A stretch of DNA of 51,495 bases from Lentisphaerota bacterium (GTDB lineage: Bacteria; Verrucomicrobiota; Kiritimatiellia; JAAZAB01), in assembly GCA_012514555.1 (NCBI GenBank), contig JAAZAB010000359.1, positions 1-51,495 on the forward strand, written 5' to 3'. Of the stretch, positions 9,355-18,188 are shown in pieces. Under the pieces are notes generated by a model. It did no database searches and was not told where the DNA came from. It saw only the letters and a list, made by a program, of their open reading frames with translations. The first letter of the stretch is position 1. The number at the start of each line of letters is the position of its first letter. The position numbers and the translations under genes are program-made.

Positions 9355-10128
9355 ATGGAAACGCCTGAAAGCATTGTTGCCCGGCTTGTGAGCCTGACCG
9401 CTGAACTGGGCGATCCCCGGAACGACTACGCGATCCTGGGCGAGGGCAACACTTCGGCCCGGATCGACGGGGAAAGCTTTTATGTCAAGGCCAGCGGCGC
9501 GGAGATGCGCTCGGCGGACGCATCGAGCTTCACGCGCGTTTCCTTCAGAAAGATACTGGCCTTCCTCGACGGCGGCCCTGCGACGGACGACGGGGTGGGG
9601 AAGGCGCTGTTGGACGCGAAGCTGGACGCGGGTTCTAATTCTAAAAAGCCGTCTGTCGAGACCTTTATCCACGCGATAGCCCTCACCCTGGGCAGGGCCG
9701 CCTTTGTCGGGCACACACACCCGGTTGCCGTCAACGCCGTCCTCTGTTCGGCGAAGGCCCGCGAGGCGTTCGGCGGACGCCTGTTCCCTGACGAGATTGT
9801 CGTGTGCGGGCCGGCGTACGCGTTCGTGCCGTACACGGATCCCGGGCTGCCGCTGGCAATCAAGGTGCGCGGGGCGATCGAGGACCACCTGCGCGCGCAC
9901 GGCGAGCCGCCGCGCGTCATACTCATGCAGAATCACGGGATGATCGCGCTGGGCTCCTCGCCGGGCCAGGTGTTGATGATAACCGCCATGATGGTCAAGA
10001 CAGCGCGCATTATTGCCGGCGCTTACGCGATGGGCGGCCCCGCCTTTCTTGCCGTGGAGTCGGTTAATCGCATTCACACGCGCCCGGATGAGCTGCACCG
10101 CAGGAAAGTGCTCGCGGACAAAGGCTGA
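9355..10128 (+). CDS. class II aldolase/adducin family protein
   Basis: 257 aa from the ATG at 9355 (GGGAG upstream). Motifs EGNTSAR, GHTHPVAVNA and MQNHGMIALG are typical of the class II (fuculose/rhamnulose-phosphate type) aldolase fold. Confidence 0.85.
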   Translation: METPESIVARLVSLTAELGDPRNDYAILGEGNTSARIDGESFYVKASGAEMRSADASSFTRVSFRKILAFLDGGPATDDGVGKALLDAKLDAGSNSKKPSVETFIHAIALTLGRAAFVGHTHPVAVNAVLCSAKAREAFGGRLFPDEIVVCGPAYAFVPYTDPGLPLAIKVRGAIEDHLRAHGEPPRVILMQNHGMIALGSSPGQVLMITAMMVKTARIIAGAYAMGGPAFLAVESVNRIHTRPDELHRRKVLADKG

Positions 10129-10208
10129 ACGCCGCGATTTGACATGACGCATTCCTTATGGACGGCGTTTTTGCCGGATTGCGGCACATTTAAGAAAGGG
10201 ACAAGGCC

Positions 10209-11336
10209 ATGCACGAGCCCGCCAACGTCGGCATCATCGGCTGCGGAAACATCAGCGGCCACTATCTGCAGTCGGAGCGGGTTTTCGGGAAATACATACG
10301 CATTGCGGCCTGCGCGGACGCGCGAATGGCGCGCGCCAGGGCGCGCGCGGCCGAGGCCGCGGAAAAAGGGTGGTGCAAGCCGAGGGCGTGCAGGGTGTCC
10401 GAGCTGCTTGCCGATCCTGCAATTGATATTGTAATCAACCTCACGCCGCCCCAGGCGCATTTCAAGGTGGCAATGAAGGCGCTCAGGGCCGGCAAGCATG
10501 TGCACAACGAGAAGCCGCTGGCCCTGACCATGCTGGAAGCGCGGAAGATTCTCGGCGAGGCGCGCGCCCGCAACCTCCGGGTCGGCTGCGCCCCGGACAC
10601 CGTGCTGGGCGCGGGCGCCCAGACATGCCGCAAGCTGCTGGACGACGGCGCCATCGGCGCGCCGGTGGCCGGGTGCGCGTTCATGATGTGCCGCGGCCAC
10701 GAGAGCTGGCATCCCGACCCTGAGTTTTATTACAAGGCCGGCGGAGGCCCCATGTTCGACATGGGGCCATATTACCTGACCTCGCTTGTCACGCTGCTTG
10801 GCCCGGTCAAGCGCGTCAGCGGCGCGGCCCGCATCACCTTTCCGGAGCGGACCATAACGAGCGAGCCGAAGAAGGGAACACGCATCGCGGTGGAGATCCC
10901 GACCCACCTGGCGGGAGTGCTTGAATTCGCCTCCGGGCCGGTGGTGACCATTGTGACCAGCTTCGACGTCTGGTTCCACAGCATGCCCAATATCGAGCTT
11001 TACGGCAGCGCGGGCTCGCTTTCCATTCCGGACCCGAACGGCTTTGGCGGCGCCGTCCGCATCCGGCGCGCCGAAGGCGAAACCAAGGACTGGACCGATG
11101 TCCCGCTCACGCACGGCAATGCCGGCGGGATTCGCGGCTTCGGCCCCGCGGACATGGCCCGCGCGATCAGCGCCGGGCGCCCGCACCGGGCTTCGGGCGA
11201 GCTTGGCATGCACGTCCTGGAAATAATGGTCGGCCTTCACAAGGCGGCCCGGTCCGGGCGTTACTACGAAATCCAGAACACCGTGGAGCGTCCCGCTCCG
11301 TTGCCGGCCGGGCTCAAGGACGGCGAGCTTGACTGA
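10209..11336 (+). CDS. Gfo/Idh/MocA family oxidoreductase
   Basis: 375 aa. Carries VGIIGCGNISGHY and HNEKPLAL motifs plus the C-terminal dimerisation domain. Confidence 0.85.
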   Translation: MHEPANVGIIGCGNISGHYLQSERVFGKYIRIAACADARMARARARAAEAAEKGWCKPRACRVSELLADPAIDIVINLTPPQAHFKVAMKALRAGKHVHNEKPLALTMLEARKILGEARARNLRVGCAPDTVLGAGAQTCRKLLDDGAIGAPVAGCAFMMCRGHESWHPDPEFYYKAGGGPMFDMGPYYLTSLVTLLGPVKRVSGAARITFPERTITSEPKKGTRIAVEIPTHLAGVLEFASGPVVTIVTSFDVWFHSMPNIELYGSAGSLSIPDPNGFGGAVRIRRAEGETKDWTDVPLTHGNAGGIRGFGPADMARAISAGRPHRASGELGMHVLEIMVGLHKAARSGRYYEIQNTVERPAPLPAGLKDGELD

Positions 11337-11365
11337 ACCTGTACGGCCGTGCCGGATTGGAGACC

Positions 11366-13483
11366 ATGAGGAAGAAGCTGCTCCAGGGCCTGGCGGTCGG
11401 CCTGTGCGCAACTGCGCTTGCGCTCGGGCTCTGGGCCGCGGGCTGGCTTGACAGGCTCGAATGGCTGAGCTGGGACGCGCGGGTGCAACTGCTCGCGCGG
11501 CCGGGTCCGGCGACGGGCGGCATCCGCCTCATACTTCTCGACCAGAACAGCCTGGACTGGGGCAAGGAGCAGGGGTACGGATGGCCGTGGCCCAGGACCA
11601 TATACCAGCGGGTTGTCGACTATTGCCGGAGGCAGGGCGCGGCCTCCATAATGTTCGACGTTGTCTTCACCGAGCCCTCGGCGTACGGCGTGGAGGATGA
11701 CCTTACGTTTGCGGCCGCCATTTCGAACGCGGGCATGTTCGCGGGCACCGTTGTCCTCGGCTCAGATGTCGGCAGCGAAACCGCCTGGCCGGAATTCGCG
11801 CACGCGCCGGAGGCCCTGAAGGGGCCGGCGCCGGAGTGGCTTGCCCGCGCAGCAATGCCGACGGCGGCGTTTCCGACGCCCGAGATCGCGGCGGCGGCCG
11901 CGCGCCTGGGCAACGTGCAGGCCACTCCCGACCCGGACGGCATATTCCGGCGGGTCCGGCCCTTTGTCCTTTTCGACGGCCGTCCGGTCCCGGCGCTCGG
12001 CGCGGCGTCGTTCCTTGCCGCACGGCGGGATTCGCTGCCGGTTTTCGAGCCGGGCGGCGTGAGGCTTGGGTCGCGGCATGTCCCGGTCGGACCGGATGGC
12101 GGCGCAATCCTGCGCTATCGCGGTCCGATCAGCGTCTATTCGAACCACAATGCAGCGGCGGTTGTCCGCTCCCAGCTGGCTTACGAGGAGGGGGTGGCTC
12201 CGCTCATTCCGGGGTCGAATGTGTATGCGGGCTGCCATGTCGTATTCGGGTTCACCGCGCCGGGCCTCTACGATCTCCGGCCGACGCCGGTGAACCGAAA
12301 GGGCGTCTATCCAGGGCTCGGCATCCAGGCGACGCTGCTCGACAACCTGCTTTCAGGCGACTTCATGCGCGCGGCCCAAACACCGGCCGCGGCGGCTCTG
12401 ATTGTGCTGTTCGGGGTTTTATGGGGCCTCGCGGCCTCCGCCTGCCGTAACGCGCGCGAGACCGTTGCGGCATTTCTCATCGCCCTCCCGATCCCGGCGC
12501 TTGCGGCGCTCTGGGCGTATGCGCGCGGCTGGTGGCTGCCTTTCGCGGCGCCCGAGGCGGCGACCGCGCTGGCCCTGGTGGGCGCCGTGCTGGTCAACTA
12601 TGCGACCGAGGGCCGCCAGAAGCGCTTCATAAAGGGCGCGTTCCAGCAATACCTGAACGAGGATGTCATCCGCCAGCTTCTCCAGGATCCCGGGCGCCTC
12701 AAGCTCGGCGGCGAAATGCGGACGCTCTCGATATTCTTCTCGGACCTCCAGGGCTTTACCAGCATCTCCGAGGGCTTGAATCCCGAGCAGCTCATCTCCC
12801 TGATGAACGAGTACCTGACGGCCATGACGGACATCATACAGGAGGAGGGCGGCACGCTCGACAAGTACGAAGGCGACGCCATCATAGCCTTCTGGAACGC
12901 GCCCCTTGCGCAGGACGACCACGCGGTGCGCGCCGTGCGCGCGGCGCTGCGCTGCCAGGCGAAACTGGCCGACATGCGGCCCGGCCTGGCGCAGCGCTTG
13001 AACCGCGATCTCTTCATGCGCATAGGGCTCAATACCGGGCCGGTCGTGGTTGGAAACATGGGATCGCACAAGCGCTTCAACTACACAATCATGGGGGACG
13101 CGGCCAACCTGGCATCCCGGCTGGAAGGCATCAACAAGCAGTTCGGCTCCTTTACTCTGATTTCCGAGGCCGTTCGTGACGCTGTCGGCGGCGCATTTCC
13201 GGTCCGCGAAATATCGCGCGTCGCCGTGGTCGGGCGCAAGGCGCCCATCCGCGTGTTCGAGCCGATGCTGCCGCCCGACTTCGAGGCGCGCCGCGCGGAC
13301 CTGGACGCGTTCGCCGGCGCGCTCAAATCCTTTTACCGCGGCGATTTCGCCGCCGCCCGCGCCGCCTTTGAAAAGCTCCGGGATGGCGACCCCGTGTCAG
13401 GCGCATATGCCCGGAAGTGCCGCGCGCTCGAGGCGGAGCAGCCCGCCTCATGGGACGGTGTGTGGGTCATGACTGAGAAGTGA
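11366..13483 (+). CDS. CHASE2 sensor-domain class III adenylate cyclase
   Basis: N-terminal TM, then a periplasmic region of about 300 aa (CHASE2-like: LILLDQNSLDW...WPWPR), three TMs, then the cyclase homology domain (LSIFFSDLQGFTSISE, DKYEGDAIIAFW, GLNTGPVVVGNMG, NYTIMGDAANLASRLE). The track start at 11357 is a TTG, so I use the ATG at 11366. Confidence 0.9.
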   Translation: MRKKLLQGLAVGLCATALALGLWAAGWLDRLEWLSWDARVQLLARPGPATGGIRLILLDQNSLDWGKEQGYGWPWPRTIYQRVVDYCRRQGAASIMFDVVFTEPSAYGVEDDLTFAAAISNAGMFAGTVVLGSDVGSETAWPEFAHAPEALKGPAPEWLARAAMPTAAFPTPEIAAAAARLGNVQATPDPDGIFRRVRPFVLFDGRPVPALGAASFLAARRDSLPVFEPGGVRLGSRHVPVGPDGGAILRYRGPISVYSNHNAAAVVRSQLAYEEGVAPLIPGSNVYAGCHVVFGFTAPGLYDLRPTPVNRKGVYPGLGIQATLLDNLLSGDFMRAAQTPAAAALIVLFGVLWGLAASACRNARETVAAFLIALPIPALAALWAYARGWWLPFAAPEAATALALVGAVLVNYATEGRQKRFIKGAFQQYLNEDVIRQLLQDPGRLKLGGEMRTLSIFFSDLQGFTSISEGLNPEQLISLMNEYLTAMTDIIQEEGGTLDKYEGDAIIAFWNAPLAQDDHAVRAVRAALRCQAKLADMRPGLAQRLNRDLFMRIGLNTGPVVVGNMGSHKRFNYTIMGDAANLASRLEGINKQFGSFTLISEAVRDAVGGAFPVREISRVAVVGRKAPIRVFEPMLPPDFEARRADLDAFAGALKSFYRGDFAAARAAFEKLRDGDPVSGAYARKCRALEAEQPASWDGVWVMTEK

Positions 13484-13511
13484 CCGGCGGCAAGCCCGGA
13501 ACTGATCGCTG

Positions 13512-13540
13512 TTGATTCCGCCGGCCATCCTGGCTATAGT
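13512..13540 (+). promoter_or_regulatory. candidate sigma70-type promoter (TTGATT-N17-TATAGT) upstream of the serine acetyltransferase gene
   Basis: gTTGATTccgccggccatcctggcTATAGTcc. This would give a leader of about 105 nt before the ATG at 13654. Confidence 0.4.
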
Positions 13541-13653
13541 CCTGACTCTGACCAATCGCATAATCCGGGTTTATTTCCCGGCGCTCCGGCTACGCCTTTC
13601 CGGCGGCGCGCCCCCGGGATGAATGATGGATTTGCATTCAGGAGGATCTCGCA

Positions 13654-14613
13654 ATGAATCTGAACGAATGGTTTGACGGATCGCTGCCCGGCATTGTCGG
13701 GGACCTTGCCAGGTCCACCAGGTGCAGCCTGGTGTCCAACACCAGGAACCGGTTCAATCTCGCGGGCCAGAAGGCCATACACGGGGTTGTTGACGATTTC
13801 CTTGCGCTTCTTTTCCCCGGTTGCCACGGCTCGGAGGCGGTGCGCGAAGACAAGATGGAAATGGGGTTCAACATACGGCTTCGCTCGATCGCGCAGACGC
13901 TGACCGAGCAGGTGGAGTTTGCCTTCAAGTACCAGTGCGAGTTCGAAAAGTGCAAGGAATGCGGCGACTGCCGCGAGAAGGCGGAAGCGGCAGTGATTCA
14001 CCTTGTCGGCGAGATGCCGGCAATCAAGCGGGTCCTGGAGGAGGACATCCAGGCCGCGTATGACGGGGATCCGGCGGCCAAGTCGCTCATGGAGATAGTC
14101 ATGAGCTATCCCGGGCTCCATGCGATCGCCGTGCAGCGGATTGCGCACCTTCTGTACGAGAAGGACGTGGCCCTGATTCCGCGCGTCATGTCGGAGCTTG
14201 CCCATTCGCGGACCGGCATTGACATTCATCCCGGGGCAAAGATCGGCCCGGGCTTCTTCATAGATCACGGCACGGGCGTTGTGATAGGCGAAACGTGCGT
14301 CATCGGGCGCAACGTGAAGCTCTACCAGGGCGTGACCCTGGGTGCGCTGAGCTTTCCAAAAGACGAGAACGGCAATCCGATCAAGGGCATAAAGCGGCAC
14401 CCGGAAGTCCGCGACGGCGTGACGATATACGCGGGCGCGACGATACTCGGCGGCGACACGGTCGTGGGCGAGGGCTCGGTGATAGGCGGAAATGTCTGGC
14501 TCACGCATTCGGTGCCTCCGCACAGCACGGTCTACAATGCCCAGCCCAAGCCGAACATCCGGCTCCACGGCGGGCAGGCGGACGCAGGGGCCGGGGAAAA
14601 GCACGCGCCATGA
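13654..14613 (+). CDS. cysE: serine O-acetyltransferase, long (EpsC-like) form
   Basis: 319 aa. Left-handed beta-helix hexapeptide region [43 protein letters not shown]...[22 protein letters not shown], plus the extended N-terminal helical domain. AGGAGG RBS. Confidence 0.88.
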   Translation: MNLNEWFDGSLPGIVGDLARSTRCSLVSNTRNRFNLAGQKAIHGVVDDFLALLFPGCHGSEAVREDKMEMGFNIRLRSIAQTLTEQVEFAFKYQCEFEKCKECGDCREKAEAAVIHLVGEMPAIKRVLEEDIQAAYDGDPAAKSLMEIVMSYPGLHAIAVQRIAHLLYEKDVALIPRVMSELAHSRTGIDIHPGAKIGPGFFIDHGTGVVIGETCVIGRNVKLYQGVTLGALSFPKDENGNPIKGIKRHPEVRDGVTIYAGATILGGDTVVGEGSVIGGNVWLTHSVPPHSTVYNAQPKPNIRLHGGQADAGAGEKHAP

Positions 14614-15680
14614 GCAGGGCGCTCCGGTTGATCCTGCGGGCGCGCCGGGCCGCTTTCCTTTCGGCCGCCTTCTGCGCGGTGGCCGCCGCCGGCCAGGCGC
14701 CGGACGCGGAGCCCGCGGACAGGCTGCCCGCTCACCGCCCCAGGCTGGTGTGCACGAACGCGGTTTTCAATTTCGGCAGGGTCGAAAACAACAACGACGT
14801 GGTTCACAATTTCGTCCTGCGCAACGAGGGCGATCTCAGCCTCCTGATCGGGAACATCCGCACCGACTGCGGATGCACGGCCGTCCGGGTCAGGGACACC
14901 ACGATCCGGCCCGGCGCGGAAACAGTTGTCGAGGGCAGGCTCAGTCTCAAGGGCCGCAACGGAGCGCAGCGCAAGCGCATACTCGTGGAATCCAACGACC
15001 CGGAGAACCCGGTGACGGCGCTGTTCTTCGAGGGCGAGGCATACTCCGAGATCGAGGTCAAGCCGGACCGCCTCCACCTTGGATGCTTCATCCTCAATTC
15101 CATGGATGTTTTCTACGTGAACCTTGTTTCCAACGGCGGCATGCTTTACGACGTCCTGTTCGTGGATGTCACGTCCCCGTATTTCGCCGCGTATTCCTCG
15201 AACATGGGCAGAGGCCGGCACAGGATAACGATCGAAAGCCAACCGCCATTCCGGCCGGGGCGCATTGACGCCACGCTCATGATCTGGACCGACAACCCGG
15301 CGCGGCCCCGGATAGACGTCCCGATTCAGGGCCGGGCCGTGGCCGATCTCTACATGGTTCCGGAAGAAGTTCTCATCTCCGCATCCGAGTCGAACAGTGT
15401 TTCGCGCCTGGCGGCTTTGCGCTCCATTCGCGGGCGGCCTTTCAAAATAGTGAAGGTCATCCCGCCTTCGGACGCCGTGCAGGTCAGGGTCAGGGCTCTT
15501 GGAGAATACGCCTACCGCCTTGAACTGCGCTGCGTTCCGGGCCCCGGCATTGACGGCAGCGAGGTGCGCGTCGTGACCGACCAGGCTGACGGCGGCGATG
15601 TCGTTCTCCCGATCCGCCTTGTCAAGCAGGCTGATGCCAAGGCCGGGACCCCTTTTGTCCCATCGAAGCCTGAACCTTGA
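14610..15680 (+). CDS. DUF1573 domain-containing secreted protein
   Basis: The ATG at 14610 overlaps the cysE stop (ATGA). Signal peptide [31 protein letters not shown]1573 signature [38 protein letters not shown]. The track ORF from 14295 is a 5' extension inside cysE. Confidence 0.8.
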   Translation: MSRALRLILRARRAAFLSAAFCAVAAAGQAPDAEPADRLPAHRPRLVCTNAVFNFGRVENNNDVVHNFVLRNEGDLSLLIGNIRTDCGCTAVRVRDTTIRPGAETVVEGRLSLKGRNGAQRKRILVESNDPENPVTALFFEGEAYSEIEVKPDRLHLGCFILNSMDVFYVNLVSNGGMLYDVLFVDVTSPYFAAYSSNMGRGRHRITIESQPPFRPGRIDATLMIWTDNPARPRIDVPIQGRAVADLYMVPEEVLISASESNSVSRLAALRSIRGRPFKIVKVIPPSDAVQVRVRALGEYAYRLELRCVPGPGIDGSEVRVVTDQADGGDVVLPIRLVKQADAKAGTPFVPSKPEP

Positions 15681-15695
15681 AGAAGGACATTGAAC

Positions 15696-17162
15696 ATGGA
15701 ACAAGCGTTTCTGGGCGTTGACGTCGGCGGAACCGGGGTGAAGGCCGGTGTTTTTGACTCTCGCGGCCGCGCCCTGGGCTTTGGACACGGCGTCTACAGC
15801 CCGTCTTTGAACGTGGACGGGCGCGTGGAGATACCGATCGGGGATATTCGCGCGGCCACCCGCGGCGCGGTCCGCGCGGCCGTCAGGAAAAGCGGGGCGA
15901 AGATTGCGGCCGTTGCCGTGGCTTCGCAGGGCCAGACGTTCGTCACGCTTGACCGGAATGACAACCCCCTTCACCCCGCTGTCATCTGGTACGACAGCCG
16001 CGCCATTTCCCAGGCCGCCGCGATGGCCAAGGCGATCGAGGCTGATTCGTCCGCGGGCCGGCGCGCGGATGTCAGCCCGATTTCCACGGCGCCAAAAATA
16101 CTGTGGTTCAGGGAACATTGCCCCGAGCTCATGGCCGGGGCTGCGCGATACCTGCTGCTGCCCGACTATTTTTCCTACCTGCTCACAGGGGAAGCCGTCA
16201 CCGATCCCAACACGGCCGGTTCCACGGGGCTATGCGATCCGGGAAGCGGCGCTTACTGGCCCCCTGCGCTCAGGGCAGCGGGCGTGGATGTGTCGCAGGT
16301 GGCGCGAATTGTCAGGGCGGGTGAAAAGGCGGGGCTGCTCACTGAAAAGGGGGCCGAGGAATGGGGATTGGAGCCGGGGACAGCGTACGTGTCCGGAACC
16401 AACGATCAATACGCCGGCGCGCTTGGCGCCGGCAACTGCCGGGAAGGCATATTCACCGAAACCACCGGCACGTGTCTTGCGATCGTGACCCTGCGGGCCG
16501 GGCTGCCGTCTCCCATGCCGCGGGGCATTTTAGGCGGCAATTACCCGATCAGCCGTTTCAAGTTCGCGCTGGTCTATTCCAAGACGGCCGGCGTGGTGCT
16601 CGACTGGTTCAGGAAGGAGTTTTTCCCCGGCCTCGATTACCCGGCGCTATGCGCGGCCGCCGCGGCTTCGCCGGCCGGATGCAGGGGCGTGACGCTGCTG
16701 CCTCATTTCGACGGCACGGTTTCGCCCGTTCCGAACCGGGCGGCGCGCGGCGCGTTCTGCAACTTGACGCTGGCCAACACGCGCGGCGACATGTGCCGCG
16801 CTGTTTTCGAGTCGCTGTCATTCAGCTTCAGGGAAAACGCCGAGCTTCTCGAGGCGAACGGCTTTGCGGCCGGCAGCATCCGTTCGATCGGAGGCGGCGC
16901 AAAGAGCGATTTCTGGCTGCAGATGAAGGCGGATGTCACGGGCAGGCCGATCGAGAGGCCGGCGGTCACCGAGGCTGCCGTCCTTGGCGCAGCAATGCTG
17001 GCCGCAGCCGGGTGCGGCGCGTATTCATCCATAGAAGACGCCAGCCGATCCCTGTACGCTTGCGGCGCCGTCTTCAAACCCGACCCTGCGCTCAAGCCCG
17101 CCTATGACGATGCCTTCAGCCGCTACCTGGATTTCAAGTCGCGGATATACCGGGACGGCTGA
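15696..17162 (+). CDS. FGGY family carbohydrate kinase (xylulokinase/rhamnulokinase-like)
   Basis: FLGVDVGGTGVKAGVFD N-terminal ATPase motif and a C-terminal GGGAKSDFWLQMKADV motif. The ATG at 15696 is preceded by GAAGGA. The track start at 15690 is a TTG. Confidence 0.88.
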   Translation: MEQAFLGVDVGGTGVKAGVFDSRGRALGFGHGVYSPSLNVDGRVEIPIGDIRAATRGAVRAAVRKSGAKIAAVAVASQGQTFVTLDRNDNPLHPAVIWYDSRAISQAAAMAKAIEADSSAGRRADVSPISTAPKILWFREHCPELMAGAARYLLLPDYFSYLLTGEAVTDPNTAGSTGLCDPGSGAYWPPALRAAGVDVSQVARIVRAGEKAGLLTEKGAEEWGLEPGTAYVSGTNDQYAGALGAGNCREGIFTETTGTCLAIVTLRAGLPSPMPRGILGGNYPISRFKFALVYSKTAGVVLDWFRKEFFPGLDYPALCAAAAASPAGCRGVTLLPHFDGTVSPVPNRAARGAFCNLTLANTRGDMCRAVFESLSFSFRENAELLEANGFAAGSIRSIGGGAKSDFWLQMKADVTGRPIERPAVTEAAVLGAAMLAAAGCGAYSSIEDASRSLYACGAVFKPDPALKPAYDDAFSRYLDFKSRIYRDG

Positions 17163-17178
17163 AGCCGCGCATTGGAAC

Positions 17179-18075
17179 TCAGCCCTTGTCAAAGCCGGCT
17201 TCGACGCGGCGTATTTTTTCCAGGATGGGCGCCTCTGCCTCGTCGTATATTTCCCGGATATCGGGGTCGTGGAAGTTGAAAACACGGTCTTCAAAGCGGG
17301 TGGCCGGAATCCTGTCGAAGAGGCGCTGATTGGCGGTTTCTATATCCTTGCCATAGATGTGAAAGGAATCGGCCTGCCAGTTGAGGCGGCCCAGCTCGAT
17401 GCGGCGGCCCGCGAGCCCGGCCACTCCGGCCGCGATGACGTCGCGGTTGAATATCGTGAACCCGAACATGTTCATGAAATTCGCGCCCCAGGCGTCGTTG
17501 CTGCGGAAACGAATGTTGCAGTTGAGCCAGCCGGTTCCCGAATCGTCATAGAGAATGCGATACCAGAGCGACTGAAGGCAGGGCGGGTCGTAGCAGTCCA
17601 GGTCGATGTTGGGCATCCATGTAATCATCTGCGCCTGGCGCGTGAAAGGCTGGCGCGCAAGCTTGTCGATGACCGCTGACACCTGGTCCACCGCGAACGG
17701 CCCGGCGGGCCTGGAGCCCTTGCCGTCGCGCTCGCGCCACCGGCCGTATGCCTGGAGACGGCCGTGGTAGGTGTATTCCCAGCGCGTGTCGGCGGGGTCG
17801 TTCATGTTCTTCACCCAGGAGTCCTTGGCGCCCTGGATTTCCATTGCGTATTCGCGCAGGTCCTCGATGCCGCCCGGAAATGCCTTGTGAATCATGGGGT
17901 CGGACCCGGGCTCGAGGATCGTCATGTTCATCGTGCAGTCCAGGCTGGGCGGGTCGCCGGGCTTGTCGTACTGGGTCTTGAGCGGAATGCCATGTTCGCG
18001 AAGCGCCAGAAGCGCCTTTTCGTAGACTTCCGCCAGGCTCCGGCCTTGAACTGAAATGACGGGTATGTTTTTCAT
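17179..18075 (-). CDS. thyA: thymidylate synthase family protein, divergent archaeal-type ThyA-like
   Basis: 298 aa. Catalytic-Cys context DPPCLQSLWY, RFRSNDAWGANFMN (equivalent to the RSxD...N of ThyA) and SFHIY (equivalent to THLY). The N-terminal half is unlike E. coli-type ThyA. Confidence 0.75.
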   Translation of the reverse strand: MKNIPVISVQGRSLAEVYEKALLALREHGIPLKTQYDKPGDPPSLDCTMNMTILEPGSDPMIHKAFPGGIEDLREYAMEIQGAKDSWVKNMNDPADTRWEYTYHGRLQAYGRWRERDGKGSRPAGPFAVDQVSAVIDKLARQPFTRQAQMITWMPNIDLDCYDPPCLQSLWYRILYDDSGTGWLNCNIRFRSNDAWGANFMNMFGFTIFNRDVIAAGVAGLAGRRIELGRLNWQADSFHIYGKDIETANQRLFDRIPATRFEDRVFNFHDPDIREIYDEAEAPILEKIRRVEAGFDKG

Positions 18076-18188
18076 GGCTCCAGGGTTCCCGTGGCTTCAA
18101 TGCGCAAAGGATTTCGCGGTAATCCGCCTGTCTTCCTGAAAGATGCGGCAGACCCGGTTCGCGCGGACAAGCGCAAGGATGCGGGGTG

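Noticed and set aside
13484-13524. 7-bp inverted repeat CCGGCGG...CCGCCGG after the cyclase stop, considered as a terminator.
   Set aside because: It has a 27-nt loop and no T-run, and it overlaps the proposed -35 of the next promoter. It is probably fortuitous in GC-rich DNA.
14532-16118. 528-aa minus-strand ORF spanning the DUF1573 and FGGY kinase genes.
   Set aside because: It crosses an intergenic boundary of two well-supported plus-strand genes. It has no recognisable domain and an antisense-type composition.
17179-18075. ThyA-like gene considered as part of a phage-type DNA hypermodification (hydroxymethylase) or anti-phage nucleotide-depletion module.
   Set aside because: There are no phage, glycosyltransferase-on-DNA, kinase or nuclease partners adjacent. 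The dUMP-specifying Asn is retained. The sequence alone cannot distinguish methylase from hydroxymethylase, so the claim is not supported.
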